The notes below the pieces were generated by a model. That model was not told where the DNA came from. It was given only the letters and a program-made list of their open reading frames with translations, and ran no database searches. Below, piece after piece: positions 6,802 to 16,103 of a DNA stretch of 40,290 nt. Within the stretch, counting starts at the first letter, position 1. Each line of letters begins with the position of its first letter. Source of the stretch: Chloroflexota bacterium. GTDB lineage: Bacteria; Chloroflexota; UBA6077; FW602-bin22; CADDYW01. The position numbers and the translations under genes were made by a program. The DNA is taken from the NCBI GenBank assembly GCA_050695695.1, contig JBOGTX010000987.1:1-40290 (forward strand), in the 5' to 3' direction.

Positions 6802-8034
6802 ATGGCTCGGATGCAGTCCTCGACCTATCCGATGGTGACCGTCGACGAGGCGATCGAGGCGGTTCTGGCGCGGACGCCGGTCCTTGGCGCCGAGGAGGTC
6901 GCGCTGAGCGACGCCGTCGGGCGGGTGCTCGCCGAGACGGTGATCGCGTCCGACGACATGCCGCCATTCGACGCGGCCTCGGTGGATGGCTACGCGGTGA
7001 TCGCCGCGGATGGTTTCATCCCACGGCGGGTGTCGCTGGAGATCACCGCCGGCCGCGGCGACCGAATCACCGTCGAGCCGGGGGCGGCGACGCGGATCAT
7101 GACTGGCGCGCCGATGCCGGTCGGCGCCGACGCGGTGGTCATGGTCGAGCAGACGAGCGAGAGTGAGGGCGTGGTGAGGCTGGACCACGTCCCCGGAACG
7201 GGAGAGAACGTTCACCGCCGGGCGCAGGACGTGTTCGTCGGTCAGACGGTGCTGGTGCCGGGCGCGCTCCTGGGGCCGGCCGAGATTGGCCTGCTGGCGA
7301 CGGTTGGCCGAGCGCGCGCGCGGGTCTACCGGCGGCCGGTCGTCGCGGTGCTCTCGACCGGAGATGAGCTGGTCGAGCCCGATCAACCGCTTCGACCGGG
7401 CGCGATCCGCGACAGCAACCGCTACGCGCTGCTCGCCAGCGTGCGCGAGGCCGGGGGCGAGCCGATCTCGCTGGGGTGGGCCCGCGACGACGAGGCCGAG
7501 CAGGAGGCGCGGATCCGCGAGGGGCTGGGCCGCGCCGACGTCGTCCTGACCTCGGGCGGCGTGTCGGTCGGCAGCCGCGACTTGATCAAGCCGATCCTCA
7601 AGCGAATCGGGACGATCCACTTCGGGCGGGTTCAGTTCAAGCCCGGTAAGCCAACGACCTTCGCGACGGTCGACGATCGCCTGGTCTTCGGACTGCCCGG
7701 CTTCCCAGTCTCCTCGCTGGTCAGCTTCGAGGTCTTCGTCCGCCCCGCGTTGCGGAAGCTGCAAGGGTACCGACAGATCCAGCGCCCGGTCGTCCAGGTC
7801 GGGGTCGAGACCCCGCTGCGACCTTCGGAGGACCGCCTGGAGTTTCAGCGCGCGATCGCCTCCTGGCAGGACGGGCGCCTGGTCGCGCGCTCGACCGGCG
7901 CTCAGCGCTCGAGTCGGCTGCTTTCGATGGCCGGCACGAACGTGCTGCTTCGAATCCCGCCCGGGACCGAGGTGATTCCAGCCGGGGCGCTGGTCGACGC
8001 GCTGCTGGTCGGGGAGATCTTGACCGCGAAATAA
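6802..8034 (+). CDS. moeA: Molybdopterin molybdenumtransferase MoeA
   Basis: AGGAGGA lies upstream of ATG 6802. The sequence ...VTVDEAIEAVLA...MPPFDAASVDGYAV...MTGAPMPVGADAVVMVE... matches the full-length MoeA architecture. Confidence 0.9.
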   Translation: MARMQSSTYPMVTVDEAIEAVLARTPVLGAEEVALSDAVGRVLAETVIASDDMPPFDAASVDGYAVIAADGFIPRRVSLEITAGRGDRITVEPGAATRIMTGAPMPVGADAVVMVEQTSESEGVVRLDHVPGTGENVHRRAQDVFVGQTVLVPGALLGPAEIGLLATVGRARARVYRRPVVAVLSTGDELVEPDQPLRPGAIRDSNRYALLASVREAGGEPISLGWARDDEAEQEARIREGLGRADVVLTSGGVSVGSRDLIKPILKRIGTIHFGRVQFKPGKPTTFATVDDRLVFGLPGFPVSSLVSFEVFVRPALRKLQGYRQIQRPVVQVGVETPLRPSEDRLEFQRAIASWQDGRLVARSTGAQRSSRLLSMAGTNVLLRIPPGTEVIPAGALVDALLVGEILTAK

Positions 8035-8075
8035 GTCTCCCACGTGCCGATTCGTCGCGCCCGCCGGGGCCGTTT

Positions 8076-8084
8076 TGGTATGAT
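8076..8084 (+). promoter_or_regulatory. Extended -10 promoter element (TGgTATGAT)
   Basis: It lies ~55 nt upstream of the argF ATG, in a short AT-rich island. Confidence 0.4.
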
Positions 8085-8137
8085 ATACTGGCGCAAAGAA
8101 GCCAAATCGCCGGTAGCCATCGTCCTCGGGAGTTTTC

Positions 8138-9073
8138 ATGAAGCGTGGGGATTTTCTCAGCCTCGGAGATCTGACCCCGGAAAAAGTCGGCCAGCTTCTC
8201 GATTGCGCCCTTGAGCTCAAGGCGAATCGCCGGCCTCGGTTGGCTCTGGCTGGGAAGACGCTCGCGCTGGTGTTCCAGAAGCCTTCTCTGCGAACGCGGG
8301 TCTCGTTCGATGTCGCCATGGCGGAGCTGGGTGGCCACGCGGTCTACCTGGGGCCGGATGAAGTTGGCCTCGGCAAGCGCGAGCCGATTCCCGACGTGGC
8401 ACGGGTGCTGAGCCAGTACGTGGATGGCGTCGCGGCGCGGGTGTTTCGGCACGGCGACCTTCGGGAGCTGGCGCGCGCGGCGTCGATTCCGGTCGTCAAC
8501 GCCCTGTCGGATTTCTGTCACCCGTGTCAGGGATTGGCGGACCTGCTGACCTTGCGGGAACACTTCGGGCGGCTCGCTGGCATCCGACTGGGCTACGTCG
8601 GCGATGGCAACAACGTGGCGCACGCGCTCGTCTTCGCCGCCGGCAAGGTGGGCTTGCACCTGACCGTCGCCAGCCCGCGCGGCTACCAGTGCGACGCCGC
8701 GGTCGTCGAGCAGGCGCGGCGCGAGGCCAGCTCGACCGGCGGAAGCATCACCCTGACCAGCGATCCAACCGAAGCCGCGCGCGATGCCGACGCGCTCTAT
8801 ACCGACGTCTGGACGAGCATGGGCCAGGAGCACGAAGCGACGCGGCGGCGCTCCAACTTCGTCGCCTACCGGATCGACCAGCGCTTGCTCCACATGGCCC
8901 GTCCCGAGGCGATCGTTCTCCACGACCTGCCGGCCCATCGCGGCGAAGAGATCACCGATGACGTGATCGAGGGACCGCAATCGGTGGTGTTTCAACAGGC
9001 CGGAAACCGACTCCACGCGCAGAAGGCGGTGCTACTCTGGTTGCTGGCGGAAGCTGACGAGCATGTCATATGA
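8138..9073 (+). CDS. argF: Ornithine carbamoyltransferase
   Basis: The motifs SLRTRVSF, HPCQGLAD, YTDVWTSMGQE and HDLPAHRGEE are present at OTCase length (311 aa). Confidence 0.9.
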   Translation: MKRGDFLSLGDLTPEKVGQLLDCALELKANRRPRLALAGKTLALVFQKPSLRTRVSFDVAMAELGGHAVYLGPDEVGLGKREPIPDVARVLSQYVDGVAARVFRHGDLRELARAASIPVVNALSDFCHPCQGLADLLTLREHFGRLAGIRLGYVGDGNNVAHALVFAAGKVGLHLTVASPRGYQCDAAVVEQARREASSTGGSITLTSDPTEAARDADALYTDVWTSMGQEHEATRRRSNFVAYRIDQRLLHMARPEAIVLHDLPAHRGEEITDDVIEGPQSVVFQQAGNRLHAQKAVLLWLLAEADEHVI

Positions 9074-11531
9074 TCTGGGCGCCTATCAAGAGGCCATGCG
9101 CGCCGGGCACGCGTTCGCGTGGGATCTCAAGTGGGAGGCGGCGAGTCGACAGTACCGGACCGCGCTGAGCGAGCGGCCGGGCGATCCCTCGGCGACCCTC
9201 AGCCTGGCGCGCGCCCTCGAGCGCATGGGCGATCTGGATGCCGCGCTCGACATGTACGAGGAAGCTCATCGCCTCCTGCCGGATCACGCGCCGGTTCTGG
9301 TCAGTCTGGTCGAGCTGCGCCAGCGCCTCGGCGACCTTCCCGCCGCCGCGACCTGCTACGCCAAGCTGGCGATCGTCTATCTCGATCAGGGGCAAACGAG
9401 TCGCGCCAGCGAGGTGCTGGCGCGACTCGACGATCTTCCCGCGCCCGACGGTGACGTGCTTCGCCACCTGGGCGAGGTCGCGCGACGGGTTGGCAACGAG
9501 GACGTTCTGGCGCTCGTCGGAAGGCACCTTTCCGCGCTTCCCGCCGAGGACGCGCCGAGTGCCGTCGGAAGCGCCGAATCGGGAGCTCAACCGGCGACCG
9601 ATTCCGCGGCGGTCGCGGTCGAGGCGTTGCCACTCGATCCGCTGCTCCACTATCCGGAGCCGGTCAAGACGCTGATCGCTGCCCTCGATCGCCGCGAGCG
9701 GGTCGGACGCCCGCGCGATGACGAGATTGCACGGCTGGCCTCCGGCTGGTGCCCGTTGCCGGCCGAGCTCCTCCGGATCGCGCCTTCCGAGCGCGCCGGG
9801 CTGGCCGCGACGTTCTACGACGTGGCGGCGGACGTCTCGGCTCGCCGCCTGGACGCCGCGCGCGATGGCTGCTGGGGCGCGATCGGGATCGCCGCGGATT
9901 ATCTGCCGATCCAGGTCCAGCTCGCCCGGGTGGACGCGGCGGCCGGTGAGACGGCGACCGCCGAGTGGCGCCTGAAGACCGTCGCCGAGCTGTACGAGGC
10001 CCAGTCGGAATTTCGCCAGGCCGCCGAGACCTGGAAAGAGCTGGGCGCGGAAATTCTTGGACTCGAAGCGGTGATCGGTCGGGTGGTCGACCTGCTGATC
10101 CGTCAGGGGGAGCTCGGCGAAGCCGTCGCCGTTTTGATCGAGACGGCGAGTCGCTGTCTGGTCGAGGGCCGCGTCGCCGACGCGGTGGATTTCCTGGGCC
10201 GCGCGATCGAGGTCGGCCCCGACGCGATCGAGCTGGGGCTCTGGCGCGCGCGCTTGCTGGTCGATCTCCGGCGGGCTGACGAAGCCATGGATTGGCTCGA
10301 GCGATCGCTCGCGCCCGGTCAGAAGGACCCGTCGGTGGTGGACCGCCGGCTGCTGGTGGCGCGGACCATCCTCGCGACGCTCCAGGGGCACGAGGTGGAT
10401 CTGGAGAGCGTCTTCGATGGTTGGGGCGACGACCCTCGCGACGATGCGTCGGCCGTGTTGACCGAGGCCGCCGCGTGGGGGGCATGCCAGGGGGGCGACG
10501 CCGGCTCCTGGTACCTGGCCGGCCAGATCCTGGCGGCCACCGATGCGGTCGAGGACGCGGAGCGCGCGTATCGACGCGCCCTGGCCTTCGGAGATGCCTC
10601 GGTGGCGACGATCCAGTTCGCGCTGGGGCGCCTGGCCGCCGACGAAGGCGACTGGCCGGGTGCGGTCCGTTGGCTGATCGCCTGCCTGGACGGTCTGGCG
10701 CCTTCCGGTGAGTTCCGTCAGGTCGACCACCTCCTTCGCCGGTTGCTCCAGGCGGCCGAGCACCTGAGCGACCCGAACCTTCGGGTCCGTGCCCTGGGGG
10801 AGCTCGTTCGCCTTCACCCGCGAGACCCGGATCTCCACGCTCGACTTGCCGAAGCGCGGTGGTCGAACGGTGACCGTCAAGGGGCGCGCGAGCAGCTTTA
10901 CCGGCTGGCCGATTTGTACGCTGGGACTGGCAAGCCGGTTCGCGCGCTGGCCGCCGAGCGGACCGCCGCGTCCATGGGCGCCGTCGAGCCGGCGAGTCAG
11001 CTTCGTCTGGCGGAGCGCTGTCTGCGGCTGGGCTTCCGCGAGGAGACGATCGCGGCGCTGGAGGCGGTGGTTGATCTCGAGGCGCGAATCGGCGCCGTGG
11101 AGCTCTCGCCTCGGGCGCTCCGCATGTTGATCGAGCAGACGCGCTTGACCGAGCCGCGGCGCGCTACGCCGTACCGCGAGCGCCTCGCGCGGGTTCGCCC
11201 GACCGACTGGGACGCGCGACGCTCGTTGGCCCGTGCCTATTTGCGTGATGGCGAAGTTCGGCGCGCGGTGATCGAGCTTCGCTCCCTCGCCGAGGCGTCC
11301 GCGACGAGGGAGCGCTGGGTCGAGGCCGCATCCGCGCTCCGCGAGGCAATTCCCCTTGACCCCTGGGACTCGCGCCTGATCGTGGACGCCGTGAGCGCGC
11401 TCATCCAGGCGCGCACGGGCGAGGACGCGGCAGCGCTGCTCGACGCGCTCCGGCAACGCGAGCCGGAGAGTCCGGAGATCGCGAGGCTCGAGGGTGAGCT
11501 TCATAGTCTGACTCAAGAGGACGCCAGGTGA
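9063..11531 (+). CDS. Large TPR-repeat protein of unknown function
   Basis: The 822-aa protein is Ala/Leu/Arg-rich with helical repeats of TPR-like periodicity (e.g. ATLSLARALERMGDLDAALDMYEEAHRLLPDH). GC3 is high in this frame. It overlaps argF by 11 nt and cdaA by 4 nt. Confidence 0.7.
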   Translation: MSYDLGAYQEAMRAGHAFAWDLKWEAASRQYRTALSERPGDPSATLSLARALERMGDLDAALDMYEEAHRLLPDHAPVLVSLVELRQRLGDLPAAATCYAKLAIVYLDQGQTSRASEVLARLDDLPAPDGDVLRHLGEVARRVGNEDVLALVGRHLSALPAEDAPSAVGSAESGAQPATDSAAVAVEALPLDPLLHYPEPVKTLIAALDRRERVGRPRDDEIARLASGWCPLPAELLRIAPSERAGLAATFYDVAADVSARRLDAARDGCWGAIGIAADYLPIQVQLARVDAAAGETATAEWRLKTVAELYEAQSEFRQAAETWKELGAEILGLEAVIGRVVDLLIRQGELGEAVAVLIETASRCLVEGRVADAVDFLGRAIEVGPDAIELGLWRARLLVDLRRADEAMDWLERSLAPGQKDPSVVDRRLLVARTILATLQGHEVDLESVFDGWGDDPRDDASAVLTEAAAWGACQGGDAGSWYLAGQILAATDAVEDAERAYRRALAFGDASVATIQFALGRLAADEGDWPGAVRWLIACLDGLAPSGEFRQVDHLLRRLLQAAEHLSDPNLRVRALGELVRLHPRDPDLHARLAEARWSNGDRQGAREQLYRLADLYAGTGKPVRALAAERTAASMGAVEPASQLRLAERCLRLGFREETIAALEAVVDLEARIGAVELSPRALRMLIEQTRLTEPRRATPYRERLARVRPTDWDARRSLARAYLRDGEVRRAVIELRSLAEASATRERWVEAASALREAIPLDPWDSRLIVDAVSALIQARTGEDAAALLDALRQREPESPEIARLEGELHSLTQEDAR

Positions 11532-12388
11532 GGCAGCTTCCGACCGAAGTCGTGACCGCGCTGGACCGGGTGACGTTCTGGAGCGGTCTGGACATCCTGA
11601 TCGTCGCGGTGATCATCTATGGGCTGCTGAGCCTGTTTCGGGGCACCAGCGCCTTCTCGGCCCTCTATGGGATCGGGCTGCTCCTGCTGGCCGTCCTGAT
11701 CGTGAGCGCGCTTCCCGGACTGATGATGCTCAACTGGCTCTTGAGCAATCTCCTTCCCTTCCTGTCGATCGGACTGTTGATCGTCTTCCAGCCGGAGCTG
11801 CGCCGGGCCATGGAGCGCATCGGGCGGGTCCGCGGGCTGCTCAGCCGGCCACTGACCGTGGGTGACCACGAGAACGTCGAACGGGCGATCTCGGAGATGG
11901 CGCGCGCCTGTCGCCGTCTCTCCGAGCGACGGTACGGCGCCTTGATCGTCGTCGAGCGGGAGACCGGCCTGCACGAATACACCGACACCGGCGTGCTGCT
12001 GGACGCGATCGTGACCAGCGAGCTGCTGCTCACGCTGTTCTTCCCCAACTCGCCACTCCACGACGCGGCGGTGATCGTCCACGGCGATCGGGTGATCGCG
12101 GCCGGGTGCGTGATGCCACTGTCGGAGAACCCGCTGGATTCGTCAATGGGGACCCGGCACCGCGCCGGGCTTGGCATTACCGAGCGCACCGACGCTCTCT
12201 CGATCGTCGTGTCCGAGGAGACCGGTATCATCACGCTCATGAACAACGGACGCTTCGTTCGGAATCTTGACGAGGGAAAACTGCGGAAGGTGCTGGCCGG
12301 CCTGATCCTACCACCGACCGCGCGTACTTTCCGGCTGTGGTCGCGACGCCCGGCGCCGAAGAAGACCCCGATCCCATCCAAAGGATAA
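11528..12388 (+). CDS. cdaA: Diadenylate cyclase CdaA (DisA_N/DAC domain) with N-terminal TM helices
   Basis: The protein has three N-terminal TM segments. The DAC domain is ...YGALIVVERETGL...LFFPNSPLHDAAVIV...GTRHRAGLGITERTDALSIVVSEETG.... The GTG start overlaps the upstream stop (GTGA). Confidence 0.9.
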   Translation: MRQLPTEVVTALDRVTFWSGLDILIVAVIIYGLLSLFRGTSAFSALYGIGLLLLAVLIVSALPGLMMLNWLLSNLLPFLSIGLLIVFQPELRRAMERIGRVRGLLSRPLTVGDHENVERAISEMARACRRLSERRYGALIVVERETGLHEYTDTGVLLDAIVTSELLLTLFFPNSPLHDAAVIVHGDRVIAAGCVMPLSENPLDSSMGTRHRAGLGITERTDALSIVVSEETGIITLMNNGRFVRNLDEGKLRKVLAGLILPPTARTFRLWSRRPAPKKTPIPSKG

Positions 12389-12394
12389 GCGGTT

Positions 12395-13591
12395 ATGGTG
12401 TCGTTCCTGCGGAGTAATCTGGTCTGGATGCTGCTCTCGTTGCTCATTTCGACCGGGCTCTGGGTCTTTGTGACCTTCAAAGAGGATCCGGAGGTGACGC
12501 ACGTTCTCTCGAATATTCCGATCTCCGTCCAACAGCCGCCGCCGACGATGGTCGTGCAGCCGGAAACCCAGGTGGTCCAGGTGCAGGTGAGCGCTCCGAG
12601 CGCGGTCTGGGCGCAGCTCAAGGCAGACAACTTTCGGGCGGTGGTCGACGCGTCGAAGGTGACGCAGGGGGGCTCACAGGAAGTCCCGGTGCACATTTCC
12701 TCGACCGACCCGCGGGTCCGCGTCGATTCGGTCGATCCGTCGACGATCTTCTTGAAGGTGGATCCGTTGCGCAGTAAGTCGGTACCGGTGGTCGTGGTGC
12801 CGAGTGGAACGGTCCCGATCGGTTATCAAGAGTCCGGTCCCGCCAAGGTCACGCCGGCGGTGGTGACGATCAGTGGCCCGCAAACGCTCGTCGATCAGGT
12901 GTCGTCGGTGACGATCAACGTCAGCCTCGACGGCGTGACCAAGTCGATCGATCAGGCGTACAAGCCGGCGCCACTGGGGCTCGCGGAGAGCGATGCCGCC
13001 CGGGTCGCGCTGAATCCCGCCCAGGTGCAGGTCGACGTGCCGGTGACTCAAAAGCTGATGTACAAGACCCTGCCCATCCAGCCGGTCACCTCGGGCAACG
13101 TCGCGCTGGGGTATCAGGAGGTCGGGATCACGATCGATCCCACGACGGTGACACTGGTTGGCGATCCGCAGACCCTGACCCAGATGACGACGGTGCCAAC
13201 CAAGCCGATCGACATCAGCGGGGTCGATGGCGACCGCGCGTACGATGCCACGCTCGACCTGCCGGGAACGGTTGCCCTCGATCGCTCGCAGTCGATCGTG
13301 GTGCGGGTCCTGGTGAGCACGTTGAGTGGCAGCAAGACGATGCTCATCAGCCCGCAGATCGTCAACCTCGCGCCGAATCTCAACTATCAGATCAATCCCG
13401 GCGCGGTGAACGTGACGCTGACCGGGCCGATTCCGGTCCTGAACCGGATCCAGCCGGGCGACGTGACCGCGACGGTGGACGCGACCGGCATGACCAGCGG
13501 CACCCAGACGGTCAACGTCCAGGTCAAGAGCCCGGACTTGCTCAAGCTGGTGAGCGTTCAGCCCCAAAAGGTCACGCTCACGGTAAAATAA
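12395..13591 (+). CDS. cdaR: CdaR/YbbR-domain regulator of CdaA
   Basis: It has an N-terminal TM helix followed by repeated YbbR-like beta-rich modules. It sits directly after cdaA, as in the canonical cdaA-cdaR operon. Confidence 0.8.
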   Translation: MVSFLRSNLVWMLLSLLISTGLWVFVTFKEDPEVTHVLSNIPISVQQPPPTMVVQPETQVVQVQVSAPSAVWAQLKADNFRAVVDASKVTQGGSQEVPVHISSTDPRVRVDSVDPSTIFLKVDPLRSKSVPVVVVPSGTVPIGYQESGPAKVTPAVVTISGPQTLVDQVSSVTINVSLDGVTKSIDQAYKPAPLGLAESDAARVALNPAQVQVDVPVTQKLMYKTLPIQPVTSGNVALGYQEVGITIDPTTVTLVGDPQTLTQMTTVPTKPIDISGVDGDRAYDATLDLPGTVALDRSQSIVVRVLVSTLSGSKTMLISPQIVNLAPNLNYQINPGAVNVTLTGPIPVLNRIQPGDVTATVDATGMTSGTQTVNVQVKSPDLLKLVSVQPQKVTLTVK

Positions 13592-13606
13592 CTGGAGGAG
13601 GTTGCG

Positions 13607-14950
13607 ATGGTGACACCGATGGTCGCGCTGGTCGGTCGGCCCAACGTGGGGAAGTCCACCCTGTTCAATCGCATCGTCGGCGAGCGCGTGGCGATCATCG
13701 AGGACGTCGCGGGCACCACGCGCGATCGATTGTATTACGATGCCGACTGGGCCGGGCGTGAGTTTACGATCGTGGACACTGGCGGCTTCGAGATCGATCC
13801 GGGCAGTGACCTGATCAATCGCGTGCGCCAGCAGGCCGAGGTGGCCATCAGGGAAGCCGACGTCGTGGTGTTCGTCGTCGACGCGCGTCAAGGGGTGACG
13901 CCCGGTGACCTGGACGTAGCGAAGGTTCTTCGGGGGAGCGAGAAGCCGGTGATCGTGGCGGTGAACAAGGCGGATAGCCTGTCCCAACAGCTTGCCGCCG
14001 CCGAGTTCTTTTCCCTCGGCCTGCCCGCGCTCTTCTCGCTCTCCGCGCTGCACGGGACCGGAACCGGCGACTTGCTCGACGCGGTGGTCGACAAGCTGCC
14101 ACCGCCCGAGGAAGTGGCGCCCGAGGAAGGGGGTGGCGTGCGCGTCGCGCTGGTCGGTCGGCCGAACGTCGGCAAGTCATCGCTCTTCAACGCCATCGTC
14201 GGTCAGGAACGCGCGGTGGTCACCGAGATCCCCGGCACGACGCGTGATGTGGTGGACGCCCGGCTCGAATTCGATAGCAAAGAGCTCACCCTGCTCGACA
14301 CGGCGGGCATGCGTCGTCGGGGAAGGGTCGAGGCGGGAATCGAATACTTCAGCGTGCTGCGCACCGCCCGAGCCATCGAGCGCGCGGACGTCGTGGTCGT
14401 GGTGATGGACGCGAGCGAAGGGGTGACCGCGCAGGACACCCACCTGGCGGGCTTCGCGCGGGACCAGGCCAAGGGCATCGTGCTGGTGGTGAACAAATGG
14501 GACGTCATGATGTCGTGGTCAAATCAGATCCGGCAGGAATGGACGCTCCGGGTGCGCGAGGACATGAAGTTCATTCCGTACGCGCCGCTCTTCTTCGTGT
14601 CGGCCAAAGAACGGCGGAATGTCGGCGACGTCGTCTCCGAAGTTTTCAAGATTTCGGAGCAGAGACATAAACGCGTTTCGACGCCGACGCTCAATGACCT
14701 GCTTCAGGCGGCCATTCACGCCCACAGTCCGGGCGCGATGCGCGGACGCCAGTTCAAGATCTATTACGCGACCCAGGCGACGGTGAACCCGCCAACCTTC
14801 GTCTTTTTCGTGAACGACGCGAGTCTGATCCGCTTTTCCTATCAGCGCTATCTGGAGAACCGCCTCCGCGAGGCATTCGGATTCGAGGGCACGGCAATCC
14901 GCTTGATCTTCCGAACGAGGGTCGAACGGGGAGCCGCGCAACGAGCATGA
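13607..14950 (+). CDS. der: Ribosome-associated GTPase Der/EngA (two G domains plus KH-like domain)
   Basis: The motif GRPNVGKS(T/S)LFN occurs twice, each with DTGG/DTAG and NK(A/W)D motifs. GGAGGAG lies upstream of ATG 13607. Confidence 0.95.
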   Translation: MVTPMVALVGRPNVGKSTLFNRIVGERVAIIEDVAGTTRDRLYYDADWAGREFTIVDTGGFEIDPGSDLINRVRQQAEVAIREADVVVFVVDARQGVTPGDLDVAKVLRGSEKPVIVAVNKADSLSQQLAAAEFFSLGLPALFSLSALHGTGTGDLLDAVVDKLPPPEEVAPEEGGGVRVALVGRPNVGKSSLFNAIVGQERAVVTEIPGTTRDVVDARLEFDSKELTLLDTAGMRRRGRVEAGIEYFSVLRTARAIERADVVVVVMDASEGVTAQDTHLAGFARDQAKGIVLVVNKWDVMMSWSNQIRQEWTLRVREDMKFIPYAPLFFVSAKERRNVGDVVSEVFKISEQRHKRVSTPTLNDLLQAAIHAHSPGAMRGRQFKIYYATQATVNPPTFVFFVNDASLIRFSYQRYLENRLREAFGFEGTAIRLIFRTRVERGAAQRA

Positions 14951-15585
14951 TCATCGCGAGCGTTTTCGTCATCATCGCGGGCTATCTGCTGGGAGCGATC
15001 CCGATTGGCTTGCTCGTCGCCCGCTGGCGTCGTGGCATCGACATTCGCCAGTACGGAAGCGGAAGCACCGGCGCGACCAATATCCTGCGGACACTCGGGT
15101 GGAAGCATTCCGTGGTCGTGTTCGCCGGTGACCTGGCGAAGACGATGATCCCGGTGCTGATCGCCTGGTTGGTCATTCGCTCGCCGCTCGTCGCGTCGAT
15201 CACCGGCGTCGCGGTGATCGCCGGGCACTGCTGGCCGATCTACGCGCAGTGGAGCGGCGGGCGGGGGGTGACGAGCTCGCTGGCGGCGCTGCTGGTGATC
15301 CAGCCGCTGGTGGCCATCGGATCGCTGCTGGTCGCGGCGATCGTGATGGCCCGGTCGCGCTTCGTCTCGCTCGGCTCGCTGTCGGGTGTCGCCTTTGGCG
15401 CCGTGGTCATGATCGTCCTGATCGTCGCGCGGTCCGCGCCCCTGGGCGACCTCGTCTTCGTCATCGGCGCCCCGCTGGTGGTGTTCGTCCGCCACCGGGA
15501 AAATATTCTCCGTCTCCTGGCGGGCACCGAGCGAAAGATCGGCCAGAACGTCAAGGGCTCACGGCAGAAGAACGCGACGACCTGA
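14947..15585 (+). CDS. plsY: Glycerol-3-phosphate acyltransferase PlsY
   Basis: It contains GYLLGAIPIGLLVAR...DIRQYGSGSTGATNILRTLG. It has an ATGA overlap with der. The der-plsY synteny is conserved. Confidence 0.9.
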   Translation: MIIASVFVIIAGYLLGAIPIGLLVARWRRGIDIRQYGSGSTGATNILRTLGWKHSVVVFAGDLAKTMIPVLIAWLVIRSPLVASITGVAVIAGHCWPIYAQWSGGRGVTSSLAALLVIQPLVAIGSLLVAAIVMARSRFVSLGSLSGVAFGAVVMIVLIVARSAPLGDLVFVIGAPLVVFVRHRENILRLLAGTERKIGQNVKGSRQKNATT

Positions 15586-15607
15586 CCAAAAGAGTGCTGG
15601 CTGGAGA

Positions 15608-15955
15608 TCAGGCCAGGCGGGGACTCTCCTGGCGGCGGGGAAAGGCCGCGCGAAACACGACCGCCACGACCGCGGTCGGAAGCAGTAGCCACGCGCCGGC
15701 GCCGCGCTGGCCAGTCCGCCCGGCGTGGCCGGACTCGCCGACCTTGGCGAGCTGGTCGAGCAGGTCCTGGCGCCGCGCCTGGAGCGCGACCAGTTGAATG
15801 TCGTGAAGGTCCGAGCCAAAGCCGCAGCGACGGAACATGCGGTCTTCCGCCCTGACTTGCTCGACCTGGGTGTCGATCTCGCGCAGCTCGGTGCGCAGGC
15901 GCGCCCGGATCAGGCGGCGATTTTCCTCGATCACTTTGACCACCTCGTCAGCCAA
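15608..15955 (-). CDS. Hypothetical tail-anchored coiled-coil protein
   Basis: GC3 is high throughout. The N-terminal part is a charged helix and the C-terminus has a hydrophobic segment (AWLLLPTAVVAVVFRAAF). The more likely start is GTG 15934, with GAGGTG 6 nt upstream. TTG 15955 is the longest option. It has its own TGCTATAAT promoter at 16059..16051. Confidence 0.5.
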   Translation of the reverse strand: MADEVVKVIEENRRLIRARLRTELREIDTQVEQVRAEDRMFRRCGFGSDLHDIQLVALQARRQDLLDQLAKVGESGHAGRTGQRGAGAWLLLPTAVVAVVFRAAFPRRQESPRLA

Positions 15956-16050
15956 AAAAACCAGATGAAACCATCGATCGTCGTCGAGCGACGACGACCT
16001 GCCGCGCGCCCGCCGACGTTGGCGGGTGGCTACACTGCCGGGGTGGGCGG

Positions 16051-16059
16051 ATTATAGCA
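16051..16059 (-). promoter_or_regulatory. Extended -10 promoter element (TGcTATAAT on the minus strand)
   Basis: The reverse complement of ATTATAGCA is a consensus extended -10. It lies between the arginase stop and the hypothetical gene. Confidence 0.45.
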
Positions 16060-16103
16060 CCGTCGGCCGGCGGGCCGCAATCTGAAACATGCGTTCAATG
16101 AGA

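Noticed and set aside
6781-9016. Minus-strand ORFs 6781..8319 and 7721..9016 lie opposite moeA and argF.
   Set aside because: They are antisense shadows of two confidently identified genes, and their composition is non-protein-like.
9066-11516. An 816-aa ORF on the minus strand spans almost the whole TPR gene.
   Set aside because: It is a shadow ORF typical of GC-rich DNA. The product is Arg/Gly/Pro-rich with no domain-like pattern. The plus-strand frame has the G/C-biased third positions and a natural TPR-like composition.
12674-14053. A 459-aa minus-strand ORF lies opposite cdaR and der.
   Set aside because: It is an antisense shadow with His/Arg/Asp-rich low-complexity translation. The plus-strand genes are unambiguous.
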